Below, piece after piece: positions 54,300 through 64,000 of a stretch of 64,000 nucleotides of DNA. The DNA is taken from contig OY764159.1 in the NCBI GenBank assembly GCA_963668175.1, forward strand, positions 1,568,001 to 1,632,000. Reading direction: 5' to 3'. The stretch is from Syntrophales bacterium. GTDB lineage: Bacteria; Desulfobacterota; Syntrophia; Syntrophales; PHBD01. Below the pieces are notes generated by a model. It had not been told where the DNA came from, made no database searches, and saw only the letters and a program-made list of their open reading frames with translations. How positions within the stretch are numbered: the first letter of the stretch is position 1; every line of letters begins with the position of its first letter. Made by a program: the position numbers and the translations under genes.

Positions 54300-55649
54300 T
54301 TGAGCGATTTAAACGTAGCGGTGACGGTGGAGGACGTAAGTCCGGTCAAGAAGAAGATATCATTCGATATTCCGTGGGAAAATGTCAGCAGGGAGTTGGA
54401 CACGGTCTATACGCAGGTGGGAAAGAAGGCCCGGATCAAAGGGTTCCGGCCCGGCAAGGTCCCCCGGCGCATCCTGGAATCCTATTATAAGGAGCAGGCA
54501 GAAGAGGAGACGATCTCCAACCTCGTCAACAAACACTACTTTGACGCCGTCAAGGAGCACGATATCGCGGCCGTGACCCAGCCCGACATCGATCAGAAGG
54601 GGATCGAGGCGAACAAGAACTTCGCCTTCACCGCCACCGTCGAAGTCGAACCGAAGATCGAGCCGAAGGATTACGTCGGCCTCTCCGTGGAAAAGGAAGA
54701 AAAGACGGTAACCGACGCCGATGTCGAGGCACGTCTTTTGCAAATTAAAGAGATGTTCGGTACCCTGGAAGACGTGACGGACGACAGGGGCCTCGTCGAG
54801 GGCGACTTCGCCACCTTCGATTTCGAAGGGGTCTGCGAAGGGGAGGCGCTCAAGGAATTGAAGTCGGAGGGCTACTTCCTGGAGATCGGCTCCAAGATGT
54901 TCGTGCCCGGCTTCGAGGACCAGATGGTCGGCATGAAGAAGGGGGAGCGGAAGGAGTTGGTCGTCACCTTCCCCGCCGATTACCAGTCCGAGAAAGTCGC
55001 CGGGAAGGAAGTCACCTTCACGGTGGACCTGAAGGGCATCCGGTCCAAGAAACTGCCGGAACTGAACGACGATTTTATCAAGAATTTCGAAAAGAAATAC
55101 GAAACGCTGGCCGATTTTACCGCCGACGTGAAAAAGTCCCTGGAGGAACAGAACGCGACGGAATCCAAGTCGGCCCTGCGCGAGAAGATTATAGAGGCGA
55201 TCCTGGCGGCCAACGAATTCGAGGTGCCGCCGTCCTTCGTCGAGCGGCAGATTTACATGATGATGGCCGACGCCCAGCGGCGGTTCATGGCCCGCGGCAT
55301 GGACAAGGAAGCGGCCATGAGGCTGAGCCTGAAGCATCGCGACCAGTTCAGGGGCGATGCGGAAAAGATCGTCAAATCGCTCCTTCTGATCAAGGGCATT
55401 GCCGCCAAGGAGAATCTGCAGGTCGAAGAACAGGAACTGAACGACAAGGTCAAGGCCATGGCGGAGGAACGCCAGCAGCCCTACGAGACGGTGAAGGAAC
55501 AGCTTGAAAAGGACGACATGCTGGAGAGCGTCCGCCTCGACATGATTCATGACAAGACGATGGCCTTCCTGGAAGAGAAGGCGGACATCAAGGTGGTGGC
55601 CGCGAAAGCGAAGGAAGAACCGAAGCCAACCAAGAAAAAGAAGAAGTAA
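54300..55649 (+). CDS. tig: Trigger factor (probable TTG start)
   Basis: GFRPGKVP ribosome-binding motif and FKBP domain (PGFEDQ, FPADY). tRNA-Leu-tig-clpP-clpX-lon order. Confidence 0.97.
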   Translation: MSDLNVAVTVEDVSPVKKKISFDIPWENVSRELDTVYTQVGKKARIKGFRPGKVPRRILESYYKEQAEEETISNLVNKHYFDAVKEHDIAAVTQPDIDQKGIEANKNFAFTATVEVEPKIEPKDYVGLSVEKEEKTVTDADVEARLLQIKEMFGTLEDVTDDRGLVEGDFATFDFEGVCEGEALKELKSEGYFLEIGSKMFVPGFEDQMVGMKKGERKELVVTFPADYQSEKVAGKEVTFTVDLKGIRSKKLPELNDDFIKNFEKKYETLADFTADVKKSLEEQNATESKSALREKIIEAILAANEFEVPPSFVERQIYMMMADAQRRFMARGMDKEAAMRLSLKHRDQFRGDAEKIVKSLLLIKGIAAKENLQVEEQELNDKVKAMAEERQQPYETVKEQLEKDDMLESVRLDMIHDKTMAFLEEKADIKVVAAKAKEEPKPTKKKKK

Positions 55650-55670
55650 CAGGATATCAAGGAGATCAAT

Positions 55671-56279
55671 ATGCCGCTTATTCCCATGGTCGTCGAGCAG
55701 GATGGACGGGGCGAACGCGCCTTCGACATCTATTCCCGGCTCCTCAAGGACAGGATCATCTTTCTCGGGACGGCCATCGACGATAACGTATCCAATCTGG
55801 TCATCGCCCAGATGCTGTATCTGGAGTCGGAAGACCCCGACAAGGACATCTATTTCTATCTCAATACGCCCGGCGGGCACGTAAGTTCGGGTCTCGCCAT
55901 CTACGATACCATGCAGTACATCAAATCGCCGGTGAATACGTTCTGCATGGGCCAGGCGGCGAGCATGGGGGCGCTGCTCCTGGCCGCGGGCGAAAAAGGC
56001 AAGCGATTTGCCCTGCCCCATTCACGCATCCTGATCCACCAGCCGCTGGGAGGATTCCAGGGCCAGGCGACCGATATCGACATCCAGGCGAGGGAAATCC
56101 TCCGGATGAAAGACGAATTGAACCGACTTCTGTCCGAGCTGACCGGACAGCCCATAGAAAAGGTTGTCACGGACACGGACAGGGATTATTATATGGATTG
56201 TGAAACGGCGAAGGCGTACGGCATCATCGATGCGGTCATCACGCAGAAGATGCCGGATAAGAAAAACGCAGCGAAGTGA
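55671..56279 (+). CDS. clpP: ATP-dependent Clp protease proteolytic subunit
   Basis: [21 protein letters not shown] and IHQP. Confidence 0.98.
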   Translation: MPLIPMVVEQDGRGERAFDIYSRLLKDRIIFLGTAIDDNVSNLVIAQMLYLESEDPDKDIYFYLNTPGGHVSSGLAIYDTMQYIKSPVNTFCMGQAASMGALLLAAGEKGKRFALPHSRILIHQPLGGFQGQATDIDIQAREILRMKDELNRLLSELTGQPIEKVVTDTDRDYYMDCETAKAYGIIDAVITQKMPDKKNAAK

Positions 56280-56288
56280 GGCGATTAC

Positions 56289-57548
56289 ATGGTTAAAAAG
56301 AACAGGGATCAAGGCGGCCAGGGTGTGTTGTTCTGCTCATTCTGCGGCAAGAACCAAAACGAGGTCAGAAAACTGGTAGCCGGCCCTACGGCCTATATAT
56401 GCGACGAGTGCATCGAGCTTTGCCGCTGCATCGTCGAGGAAGAAGCGGAGACCACCGCGCCCGAGGAGCCCAAGCGGGGCATCCCGGAGCCCAAGGAGAT
56501 CAAGACGTTCCTGGACCAGTACGTCATCGGCCAGGAAAAGCCGAAGAAGGTCCTCTCCGTGGCCGTCTATAACCATTACCGCCGTCTCTTCACCCATATC
56601 GACATGGAAGGCGTCGAGATCCAGAAGAGCAACATCCTGCTCATCGGGCCCACCGGCTCCGGCAAGACGCTGCTCGCGAAAACCCTCGCCAAGATGCTGA
56701 ACGTTCCCTTCACGATCGCCGACGCGACCACGCTGACGGAAGCGGGCTACGTGGGCGAGGATGTCGAGAACATTATTTTAAGCCTCCTCCAGAATGCCGA
56801 TTACGACGTGGAAAAGGCCTCCAAGGGCATCGTCTATATCGACGAGATCGACAAGATCGCCCGGAAATCGGGGAACCCCTCCATCACGAGGGACGTCTCC
56901 GGCGAGGGCGTCCAGCAGGCCCTTCTGAAGATTATCGAAGGGACGCTGGCGAATATCCCGCCCAAGGGCGGCAGGAAGCACCCGCAGCAGGAGTTCATCC
57001 AGGTGGACACGACCAACATCCTGTTCATCTGCGGCGGCGCCTTCAACGACCTGGAAGACATCATCGGCCGGAGGATCGGCGCCAATGCCATGGGCTTCGG
57101 GGCCAATATAAAGAGCAAGAGACACAAGAAGGTCGGGGAGATGCTGTCGGAAGTGCAGCCGGAAGACCTTTTGAAATTCGGGATGATCCCGGAATTTGTG
57201 GGGCGTCTGCCGGTCATCGCCACGCTGAACGAACTGAATCAGGACGACCTGATCCGGATCCTCGTGGAACCGAAAGACGCGATTATCAAGCAGTACAAGA
57301 AACTGTTCGATCTGGAAAACGTGAAGTTGAAGTTTACCGATGGTGCGCTCAGGTCCATCGCCAAGCTGTCCGTCGACCGTAAGGCCGGCGCCAGGGGGCT
57401 TCGGGCCATTCTTGAAAATACCATGCTCGACATCATGTACGATATCCCCTCACGCGACGACATCAGAGAATGCATCATCAGCGAGGACGTTGTATCAAAG
57501 CATGAACCACCCATTTTAATGTTTGAATCGAAATCCGAGACCGCTTAG
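56289..57548 (+). CDS. clpX: ATP-dependent Clp protease ATP-binding subunit
   Basis: CSFCGK zinc finger, [16 protein letters not shown] and GGRKHP. Confidence 0.98.
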   Translation: MVKKNRDQGGQGVLFCSFCGKNQNEVRKLVAGPTAYICDECIELCRCIVEEEAETTAPEEPKRGIPEPKEIKTFLDQYVIGQEKPKKVLSVAVYNHYRRLFTHIDMEGVEIQKSNILLIGPTGSGKTLLAKTLAKMLNVPFTIADATTLTEAGYVGEDVENIILSLLQNADYDVEKASKGIVYIDEIDKIARKSGNPSITRDVSGEGVQQALLKIIEGTLANIPPKGGRKHPQQEFIQVDTTNILFICGGAFNDLEDIIGRRIGANAMGFGANIKSKRHKKVGEMLSEVQPEDLLKFGMIPEFVGRLPVIATLNELNQDDLIRILVEPKDAIIKQYKKLFDLENVKLKFTDGALRSIAKLSVDRKAGARGLRAILENTMLDIMYDIPSRDDIRECIISEDVVSKHEPPILMFESKSETA

Positions 57549-57582
57549 AAAGGGTTTCCGGAGCGCATAAAAGGAAGATAAC

Positions 57583-60033
57583 ATGTTCGATTTTGCGAAG
57601 AAGGACAAGCAGGACAAGAAGCTTTCGGTGCCGCTCCTGCCGCTCAGGGACGTGGTGGTCTTTCCCCACATGATCGTCCCGCTGTTCGTCGGCCGGGAGA
57701 AATCGATTGCGGCCCTTGAATCCGCTATGAAATACGAAAAGGGGATTTTTCTGGTGGCGCAGAAAAACGCCCAGAAAGACGAGCCCGCGGAAGAGGATAT
57801 CTATACGATCGGCACGATCGGGACCATCATTCAACTCCTCCGCCTGCCCGACGGGACCGTCAAGGTTCTCGTGGAAGGCAAGAAGCGGGGCGCCATCGAC
57901 ACCTATCTGCCCAATGAGGAGTTCTATCTCGTGACGGTCAAGGACCTGGACGAGATCGAAAGCGAGGACCCCGTCAAGACCCAGGCCCTGATGCGGAGCA
58001 TCCGGGAAGATTTCGAGACCTACGCCAAACTGGGCAAGAAGGTCCACGCGGAGATGGTGGGAACCATTGCCTCCATCGACAGCGCGTCCAAACTGGCCGA
58101 CATCGTCGTGTCCCACATCAACATCAAGCTGGAAGACCGGCAGAGGATCCTCGAAATCCTCGACGTCAACGAAAGGCTGGAGACGATCTACGAGATGATG
58201 CTCTCCGAGATCGAGATCCTCCAGGTCGAGGAGAAGATCAAGCGGCGGGTCAAGAAGCAGATGGAGAAGACCCAGAAGGATTACTACTTAAACGAACAAA
58301 TGCGCGCCATCCAGAAGGAAATGGGCGAGAAGGACGACTTCAAGAACGAAATCGCCGAGCTGGAGAAGCGCCTGAAATCGAAGAAGCTCTCGGAGGAGGC
58401 CCACAAGAAGGTCAAGCACGAGATCAAGAAGATGCAGATGATGGCCCCCATGTCGGCGGAAGCCACCGTTGTCCGGAACTACATCGACTGGCTCCTCGAT
58501 ATGCCCTGGGGCGAGAAGACAGAGAATAAGTACACCCTGAAGGAGTCGGAAGCGATCCTCGAAGAGGACCACTACGGACTCGCGAAGGTCAAGGAGCGGA
58601 TCATCGAATACCTGGCGGTCCAGTCCCTGGTCAAGAAGAACAAGGGCTCCATCCTGTGCCTCGTCGGTCCTCCCGGCGTGGGTAAGACCTCCATCGCGAA
58701 ATCGGTGGCGCGGGCGACCAACCGGAAGTTCGTGCGCCTCTCCCTGGGCGGCGTCCGGGACGAGGCGGAGATCAGGGGCCACCGAAGGACCTATATCGGC
58801 GCCCTGCCGGGCAAGATCGTCCAGCTTCTGAAGAAGGCGGGGTCCAACAACCCGGTCTTCTGCCTCGACGAGGTGGACAAGCTGAGCTCCGACTTCCGGG
58901 GCGATCCGTCCTCGGCCCTGCTTGAGGTCCTCGACCCCGAACAGAACAACGCGTTCAACGACAACTACCTGGAAGTGGACTACGACCTGTCGGACATCAT
59001 GTTCATCACGACGGCCAATGTCCTCCAGACCATTCCGGCGCCCTTACAGGACCGCATGGAGGTCATCCGGATCGCAGGTTACACGGAGCCGGAGAAGCTG
59101 GCCATCGCCGTGAAGTTCCTCGTGCCGAAAGAGCTTGAGGCCAACGGCCTCTCGGCGGACAAGGTCAGCTTCCACGAGCGCGCGATCCTCACGATCATCA
59201 GGCAGTACACGCGGGAAGCGGGTGTGCGCAACCTCGAAAGGGAGATCGCCTCCATCTGCCGCAAGATTGCCCGGAAGATCGTTTCCGAAGGCGAGCAGGA
59301 GCCCATCAAGGTCACGTCGAAACTCGTCCATAAGTACCTGGGCGTTCCCAAGTTCCGTCACGGCGAAGCCGAAGGCAAGGACGAAATCGGTCTGGCAGTG
59401 GGGCTTGCATGGACGGAGGTCGGCGGCGAACTCCTCACGATCGAGTCGTCCCTCATGAAAGGGACGGGCAAGATGGTGATGACGGGCAAGTTGGGCGACG
59501 TCATGCAGGAATCCGTCCAGGCCGCCCTGACGTATGTCCGGGCGCGGGCCGACAAGTTCGGGCTCGACGAAAACTTTTACAAGGAACTGGATGTCCATGT
59601 CCATGTCCCGGAAGGGGCCATTCCTAAGGACGGTCCTTCCGCCGGCATCGCCATTGCGACGTCCATCGCCTCTTCGCTGATGAGGAAGAAGGTCCGCGGC
59701 GACCTGGCCATGACGGGGGAAATCACCCTGCGCGGGCGCGTGCTGCCGATCGGCGGACTCAAGGAAAAGCTGCTGGCCGCCCACCGGGCGGGGATCAAGA
59801 CCGTGATCATCCCCAAGGACAACGAAAAGGACCTTGCGGATGTGCCGCCCAACGTCCAGAAAGCCCTGGAGGTCGTCTTCGTGGAGCATATGGACGAGGT
59901 TGTGAAGGTCGCCTTCCGCCTGGAGGCGGGGGACGAGGAGGCCGTCAAGACCGGCGAAGAGAAGCCGGTCATCATGGACGTTCCTCCCGTGGCCTTGCCG
60001 GACGAAGACACCCAGGCGTCTTTGAAGCATTGA
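57583..60033 (+). CDS. lon: Endopeptidase La
   Basis: [27 protein letters not shown] and PKDGPSAG. Confidence 0.98.
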   Translation: MFDFAKKDKQDKKLSVPLLPLRDVVVFPHMIVPLFVGREKSIAALESAMKYEKGIFLVAQKNAQKDEPAEEDIYTIGTIGTIIQLLRLPDGTVKVLVEGKKRGAIDTYLPNEEFYLVTVKDLDEIESEDPVKTQALMRSIREDFETYAKLGKKVHAEMVGTIASIDSASKLADIVVSHINIKLEDRQRILEILDVNERLETIYEMMLSEIEILQVEEKIKRRVKKQMEKTQKDYYLNEQMRAIQKEMGEKDDFKNEIAELEKRLKSKKLSEEAHKKVKHEIKKMQMMAPMSAEATVVRNYIDWLLDMPWGEKTENKYTLKESEAILEEDHYGLAKVKERIIEYLAVQSLVKKNKGSILCLVGPPGVGKTSIAKSVARATNRKFVRLSLGGVRDEAEIRGHRRTYIGALPGKIVQLLKKAGSNNPVFCLDEVDKLSSDFRGDPSSALLEVLDPEQNNAFNDNYLEVDYDLSDIMFITTANVLQTIPAPLQDRMEVIRIAGYTEPEKLAIAVKFLVPKELEANGLSADKVSFHERAILTIIRQYTREAGVRNLEREIASICRKIARKIVSEGEQEPIKVTSKLVHKYLGVPKFRHGEAEGKDEIGLAVGLAWTEVGGELLTIESSLMKGTGKMVMTGKLGDVMQESVQAALTYVRARADKFGLDENFYKELDVHVHVPEGAIPKDGPSAGIAIATSIASSLMRKKVRGDLAMTGEITLRGRVLPIGGLKEKLLAAHRAGIKTVIIPKDNEKDLADVPPNVQKALEVVFVEHMDEVVKVAFRLEAGDEEAVKTGEEKPVIMDVPPVALPDEDTQASLKH

Positions 60034-60145
60034 TTCCGGCCGCGTCTTTTCTGCGTTAAGGGATTGCGGGCAGGTTAAATAAGCTTGACAAAGACGGAGG
60101 TTTGCATTAAAGAACCTCGGTCGTTGACAGAGAGTACATATGTTC

Positions 60146-60221
60146 GGGCGGGTAGCTCAGCTGGGAGAGCGCCACGCTTACACCGTGGATGTCACAGGTT
60201 CAAGTCCTGTCTCGCCTACCA
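60146..60221 (+). tRNA. tRNA-Val (TAC)
   Basis: CCACG-CT-TAC-AC-CGTGG arm, TTCAA T-loop, CCA end. Confidence 0.93.
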
Positions 60222-60304
60222 TGGAAGCGAACGAAACACCTGCCGACCAGCGCAGCAGGGCGGGCGTTTTGTAAAAGTTGGGTTATAAGGCATAAGATAC
60301 AAAC

Positions 60305-60381
<77 letters not shown>

Positions 60382-60388
60382 AAAATTC

Positions 60389-60425
60389 AGGGGTCAGCCG
60401 AATATTGTCGGTTGACCCCTTTTTT
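60389..60425 (+). terminator. Intrinsic terminator after tRNA-Asp
   Basis: AGGGGTCAGCCGA…TCGGTTGACCCCT followed by a T-run. Confidence 0.8.
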
Positions 60426-60538
60426 GCGTCTATCGTTTGCGGGAAATGCTGTTTTAGAAAGATACGTTTTTCATGGCCGCTGTTCCGGGCGGTGAACGGC
60501 CTTTCGTTCGGTTTCTTCTCCTGTTTCCGGTGAGACAT

Positions 60539-60571
60539 AAAAAAACCGCCCGGAAGGGAGGCGGGCGGTTT
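60539..60571 (-). terminator. Intrinsic terminator downstream of the hyd operon
   Basis: AACCGCCCG…CGGGCGGTT followed by a T-run on the minus strand. Confidence 0.7.
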
Positions 60572-60747
60572 GAGGAGGGCGCTTATGGGTGGCAAGCGCC
60601 CGTTAGGGGCTATGGAATATTATCTTGACGATCAGGTGGCGGCATCGTCGGGACGTGCCGTTTCCTGTTCCCGGTTACCCGTAACGATCCCCGGTCCTGA
60701 CATGGGAAGCCGGTGCGGTTTTGGGCACATGTCCTGTTCCTGTCTGG

Positions 60748-60918
60748 TCAGTCTTTCTCGATACCCGGCTGCACGAACCTGCGCCTGATCATGCCGGGAC
60801 CGATTCTTTTCTCCTCCATGACGGGCGGATGTCGATCGGGGGTTTCTTGCCCGTCCTGTTTTGCATCATCACCGGCCTTTTCCGCGCATTTCCGGAAGAG
60901 CGCTTCGATATCTCTCAT
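60748..60918 (-). CDS. Small hypothetical protein (56 aa) coupled to hydE
   Basis: ATGA overlap with the hydE stop. MRDIEALFRK…EEKRIGPGMIRRRF…; below the ORF-track length cutoff. Confidence 0.45.
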   Translation of the reverse strand: MRDIEALFRKCAEKAGDDAKQDGQETPDRHPPVMEEKRIGPGMIRRRFVQPGIEKD

Positions 60919-62096
60919 AACCGGTACCCATCGGTCTCGGGATGCGCCGCTTCCCGCAAAGCTTTTCTCCCGACCCTCGCTTTTTTCCCCATGGCGGAAA
61001 GGGCCCGGGGGTGTGTATGCAATACCGCCGCGGCATGGATCAACGCCCCCGCTTCTTTACGCTGACGCCATGGTGAACCGCCGTCTCTCGCTTGCGTGGC
61101 CGTTTTCAGGCTGTGTCCAGCGTCGCGCGATACTGTGCGACCGAGGCCGAGGACCATGCCCTCCACGCACGAGCGGCAGGCATGCGGTTCCTCGCCGATG
61201 CAGATCTTGCCGGGATAGATTTGGTAGTGCTTCCGATAGCGGAGGGGCGTTACGTTCGGCATCAGGACGTTCGCCCCGCACTGCAAGGCCTTTTGTCTTC
61301 CCCGGGGGTCGATGGTTCCCGTTGCCGTCGTTGCCGGCATGTGGACGTCCCGGGTGACGATGCGGGTCAGCGCCGTTACCTTGAGCACCTGGTCGATGAT
61401 CCCGTCGGGGCTGCCGGCCAGGGGTGTGTCGGGATGGGAGATGTATGGCCCGATGCCGATCATGTCCAGATCCATTTCCATGAATTTCAGGATATCGTCG
61501 GCCAGACTTTCCATGGTCTGAAAGGGCAGCCCAACGATGATCCCGGAACCGACCTGGTAACCGAGCTCCGCAAGCCACCGGAGGCATTGAAGGCGGTCCG
61601 CATGGATCGAATCGGGTTTCAGGGCCCTGAAGAGGGCGGGATCGGATGTTTCAAATCTCAGGAGATAGCGGTCCGCGCCGGCTTTTCTCAGCTTTCTGTA
61701 ATCTTCATAGGATCGTTCCCCGATGCTGAGCGTGATGGCGGCCCCCGTGCTCGCTTTGACGTTGCGGACGAGTTCGCAGAGCGTTTCAATCGGATAGCCC
61801 GGGTCTTCCCCAGACTGCAGGACCACGGTTTTGAAACCCATATCACCGGCCTGGACGGCGGCGGCAAGAATTTCGTCCGTCGTCATGCGGTAGCGGGTAA
61901 TCTTCCTGTTATCCCGGCGCAGACCGCAGTAAAGGCAGTTTCGCCGGCAGTAATTCGAAAACTCGATCAGGCCGCGCAGATGGACGGCATCGCCCGCAAA
62001 TACCCTTCTGATCCGGTCCGCCTCGTCGAAAATATCCTGGACGACGGATTCGTCCTTCTCTTTCAGCAAACGGATGATTTCACGCTTTGTAATCAT
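60915..62096 (-). CDS. hydE: [FeFe]-hydrogenase maturase radical SAM HydE
   Basis: RGLIEFSNYCRRNCLYCG, LQSGED, YLLRFET, PATTA and YQIYPGK. Confidence 0.95.
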   Translation of the reverse strand: MITKREIIRLLKEKDESVVQDIFDEADRIRRVFAGDAVHLRGLIEFSNYCRRNCLYCGLRRDNRKITRYRMTTDEILAAAVQAGDMGFKTVVLQSGEDPGYPIETLCELVRNVKASTGAAITLSIGERSYEDYRKLRKAGADRYLLRFETSDPALFRALKPDSIHADRLQCLRWLAELGYQVGSGIIVGLPFQTMESLADDILKFMEMDLDMIGIGPYISHPDTPLAGSPDGIIDQVLKVTALTRIVTRDVHMPATTATGTIDPRGRQKALQCGANVLMPNVTPLRYRKHYQIYPGKICIGEEPHACRSCVEGMVLGLGRTVSRDAGHSLKTATQARDGGSPWRQRKEAGALIHAAAVLHTHPRALSAMGKKARVGRKALREAAHPETDGYRL

Positions 62097-62111
62097 ACCT
62101 CCCGGGACCCG

Positions 62112-63506
62112 TTAAGTGTAAAGATCCCGTTCCCCCTTTTCGATTCTTTTCAAGCGGCTTTTCAGATTTCTTTGGACGCCGGCCCTGTCCGTATCGGCGA
62201 CGAGCCGTTCGATGAGAGCGGCGCCCGTTTCCCTTGTCGGGGACGCCGCATAATCTTCGAGATACTCCTTAAAAGTCAGGACGGCATTCGTATGGCAGTA
62301 TTTCCGGATGAGGCCCGGTTTGGCCAGGTCCATGAAATCCCTTCCCGTCCGGCCGAGACGGTAGCAGGCCGTACAAAAGCTGGGTATGTGGCCCCGCAGT
62401 GTAATGTCGTGAATGACCTCGTCGAGGGTCCTCGTATCCCCCAGATTGAACTGGGCCGCCTGGAATCCCCCGTTCGAGCCTTCGCGATATCCGCCCGGAT
62501 TGGTCCTTGAGCCGGCACTGATCTGGGACACCCCCAGTTCGAAAACCTCCCGCCGCACCGCCGAGCTTTCCCGGGTAGAGAGAATGATGCCCGTGTACGG
62601 AACGGTCAGGCGGATGACGGCCACCAGTTTCTTGAATTCGTCGTCCGACACAGGCATCGGGGGCTCGGCGGCCACCGGCGCGTTCAGCGCCGCTTCGAGG
62701 CGCGGGATGGAAATCGTGTGGGGGCCGACGCCGAATTCCGCATCCAGGTGAAGGGCGTGCATCAGCAGGCCCAGAACCTCGAACTTGTAGTCGTACAGGC
62801 CGAAGAGGGCGCCGATGCCGACGTCGTTGATGCCGGCCTCCTGGGCGCGGTCCATGGCGGTGAGGCGCCAGAGATAATCCGCTTTTGCCCCCGTCGGATG
62901 CATCTTCTTGTAGGTTTCGTGGTGGTACGTCTCCTGGAAAAGGACGTACGTGCCGATCCCGGCCGCCTTCAGCCGCCTGAAGTCTTCCACGGACAGAGGC
63001 GCGATCTCCACGTTGATGCGGCGGATTTCTCCCCCGTGTTCCGTTTTGACGGCGTAGGCCGTCTCGATGGCCTCGATGAAATAGTCGAGGCTCGAAGAAG
63101 CGGGATGCTCGCCGCAGAGCATCAGGAGCCGCTTGTGTCCTTCCCGTTCGAGGGTTCTCACCTCGTCGGCGATCTGTTCCATGGTCAGCGCCACACGCTT
63201 CAGTTCCCGGTTGTCCTTCCTGAATCCGCAGTAAGGGCAGTTGTTGGAGCAGTAATTGGCGATATAGAGGGGGGCGAACAGGACCAGGCGGTTCCCGTAA
63301 ATCTTCTCCTTGATGTCCCGCGCTGCGGCCTGCATGGCCTCGATAAGCTCCTTGTCTTCCGTTTGAAGAAGAATAGCCGTTTCCTGCGGCGTCAGCCCCT
63401 TCAGCGCCCCGGCCTTCTCGATGACTTCCCGCACCTGCATGGGATCGGGGTGACGCGCATCCGCCAGGAGCTTTTCGATCTTCGCGTCATCGATAAAATC
63501 TTTCAT
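62112..63506 (-). CDS. hydG: [FeFe]-hydrogenase maturase radical SAM HydG
   Basis: FAPLYIANYCSNNCPYCG, LFQETYH, VGPHTIS and C-terminal SFCTACYR…C. Confidence 0.97.
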   Translation of the reverse strand: MKDFIDDAKIEKLLADARHPDPMQVREVIEKAGALKGLTPQETAILLQTEDKELIEAMQAAARDIKEKIYGNRLVLFAPLYIANYCSNNCPYCGFRKDNRELKRVALTMEQIADEVRTLEREGHKRLLMLCGEHPASSSLDYFIEAIETAYAVKTEHGGEIRRINVEIAPLSVEDFRRLKAAGIGTYVLFQETYHHETYKKMHPTGAKADYLWRLTAMDRAQEAGINDVGIGALFGLYDYKFEVLGLLMHALHLDAEFGVGPHTISIPRLEAALNAPVAAEPPMPVSDDEFKKLVAVIRLTVPYTGIILSTRESSAVRREVFELGVSQISAGSRTNPGGYREGSNGGFQAAQFNLGDTRTLDEVIHDITLRGHIPSFCTACYRLGRTGRDFMDLAKPGLIRKYCHTNAVLTFKEYLEDYAASPTRETGAALIERLVADTDRAGVQRNLKSRLKRIEKGERDLYT

Positions 63507-63520
63507 GTCGGTTTGTCTCC

Positions 63521-63769
63521 TCACGCCTTGATCGTGGCGGATTTCACCCGCAGGCCCGGCAGCGATCCCAGTTTTCCCGCGAGCGTTCCGATCTCGTCCG
63601 TGGAGGCGTGAACGATCACGGAAACGATATGGATGTCTTCAGGCCCGTAGGGAATGCCCCTGCGGCCGATAATCGCATCGCCGTGCTCGTCGAGAATGCT
63701 TTTGACCCACACGGCCTGCTGGTCGATGTCCGTCATACCAATGCTTACGACTCCGATTCTCTTGGGCAT
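63521..63769 (-). CDS. TM1266-family iron-only hydrogenase system putative regulator (ACT-like)
   Basis: KRIGVVSI…IIGRRGIPY…LAGKLGSLPG, located between hydF and hydG. Confidence 0.85.
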   Translation of the reverse strand: MPKRIGVVSIGMTDIDQQAVWVKSILDEHGDAIIGRRGIPYGPEDIHIVSVIVHASTDEIGTLAGKLGSLPGLRVKSATIKA

Positions 63770-63781
63770 GGTGAACCTCTT

Positions 63782-64000
63782 TCACAATGCTGATTTTTCT
63801 ATCCGTTCCGCCGCCCGGGTCTTTCCGCCCGGAGGCGTCTTCAGGCTCTTCATCCGCCGGTCGTAGGCCGCGAGTGCTGAAGGGAAGGGAATGAGCACCC
63901 GCCGGATAACGCCCTGGAGGAACGATATGGCCAGACCGTAGTTCGTTATGGGGACCCCGGCCTCCCGGGCCTGCCGGATGCGGCCGAGCATTTCCCTGCG
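63782..64000 (-). CDS. hydF: [FeFe]-hydrogenase maturation GTPase HydF, C-terminal end only
   Basis: REMLGRI…GVPITNYG…G…R…PF C-terminal signature and operon context. Confidence 0.85.
   Translation of the reverse strand, partial: RREMLGRIRQAREAGVPITNYGLAISFLQGVIRRVLIPFPSALAAYDRRMKSLKTPPGGKTRAAERIEKSAL

Overview
GC-rich bacterial window, most likely from an anaerobic deltaproteobacterium (Desulfobacterota, Syntrophales-like; this is inferred from gene content). The left part (1-44.6 kb) is accessory or metabolic. It holds an oxidative-stress cluster (YtxH, OsmC-like, WrbA, SOD), Pal, an IorAB-type molybdoenzyme, a complete oxalate oxidoreductase operon (CDC48-like ATPase, FadR regulator, four OOR genes, OxlT-type transporter, epimerase), a PEP synthase with a ~150-aa histone-H1-like tail, several two-component genes, an AT-rich two-gene cassette and two bactofilins. 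The right part (44.7-64 kb) is housekeeping: gph-like HAD, tilS, ftsH, folP, acpS, tsaE, lysC, comEA, an SLT enzyme, tig, clpP, clpX, lon, and the [FeFe]-hydrogenase maturases hydF/hydG/hydE. Six tRNA genes are present, two of them at 33 kb. The main result is a gene missed by the ORF track at 44067-44516 (-). It is a 149-codon frame with TWO in-frame UGA codons, each completing a CxxU motif (CETU, CPEU) and each followed by a SECIS-like hairpin, with an HExxH motif between them. It is a candidate double-selenocysteine protein of a family I do not recognise as a described selenoprotein. A second UGA-split selenoprotein candidate (OsmC-like, 944-1405) supports Sec decoding in this organism. All family assignments come from motif recognition by eye; no database search was run.
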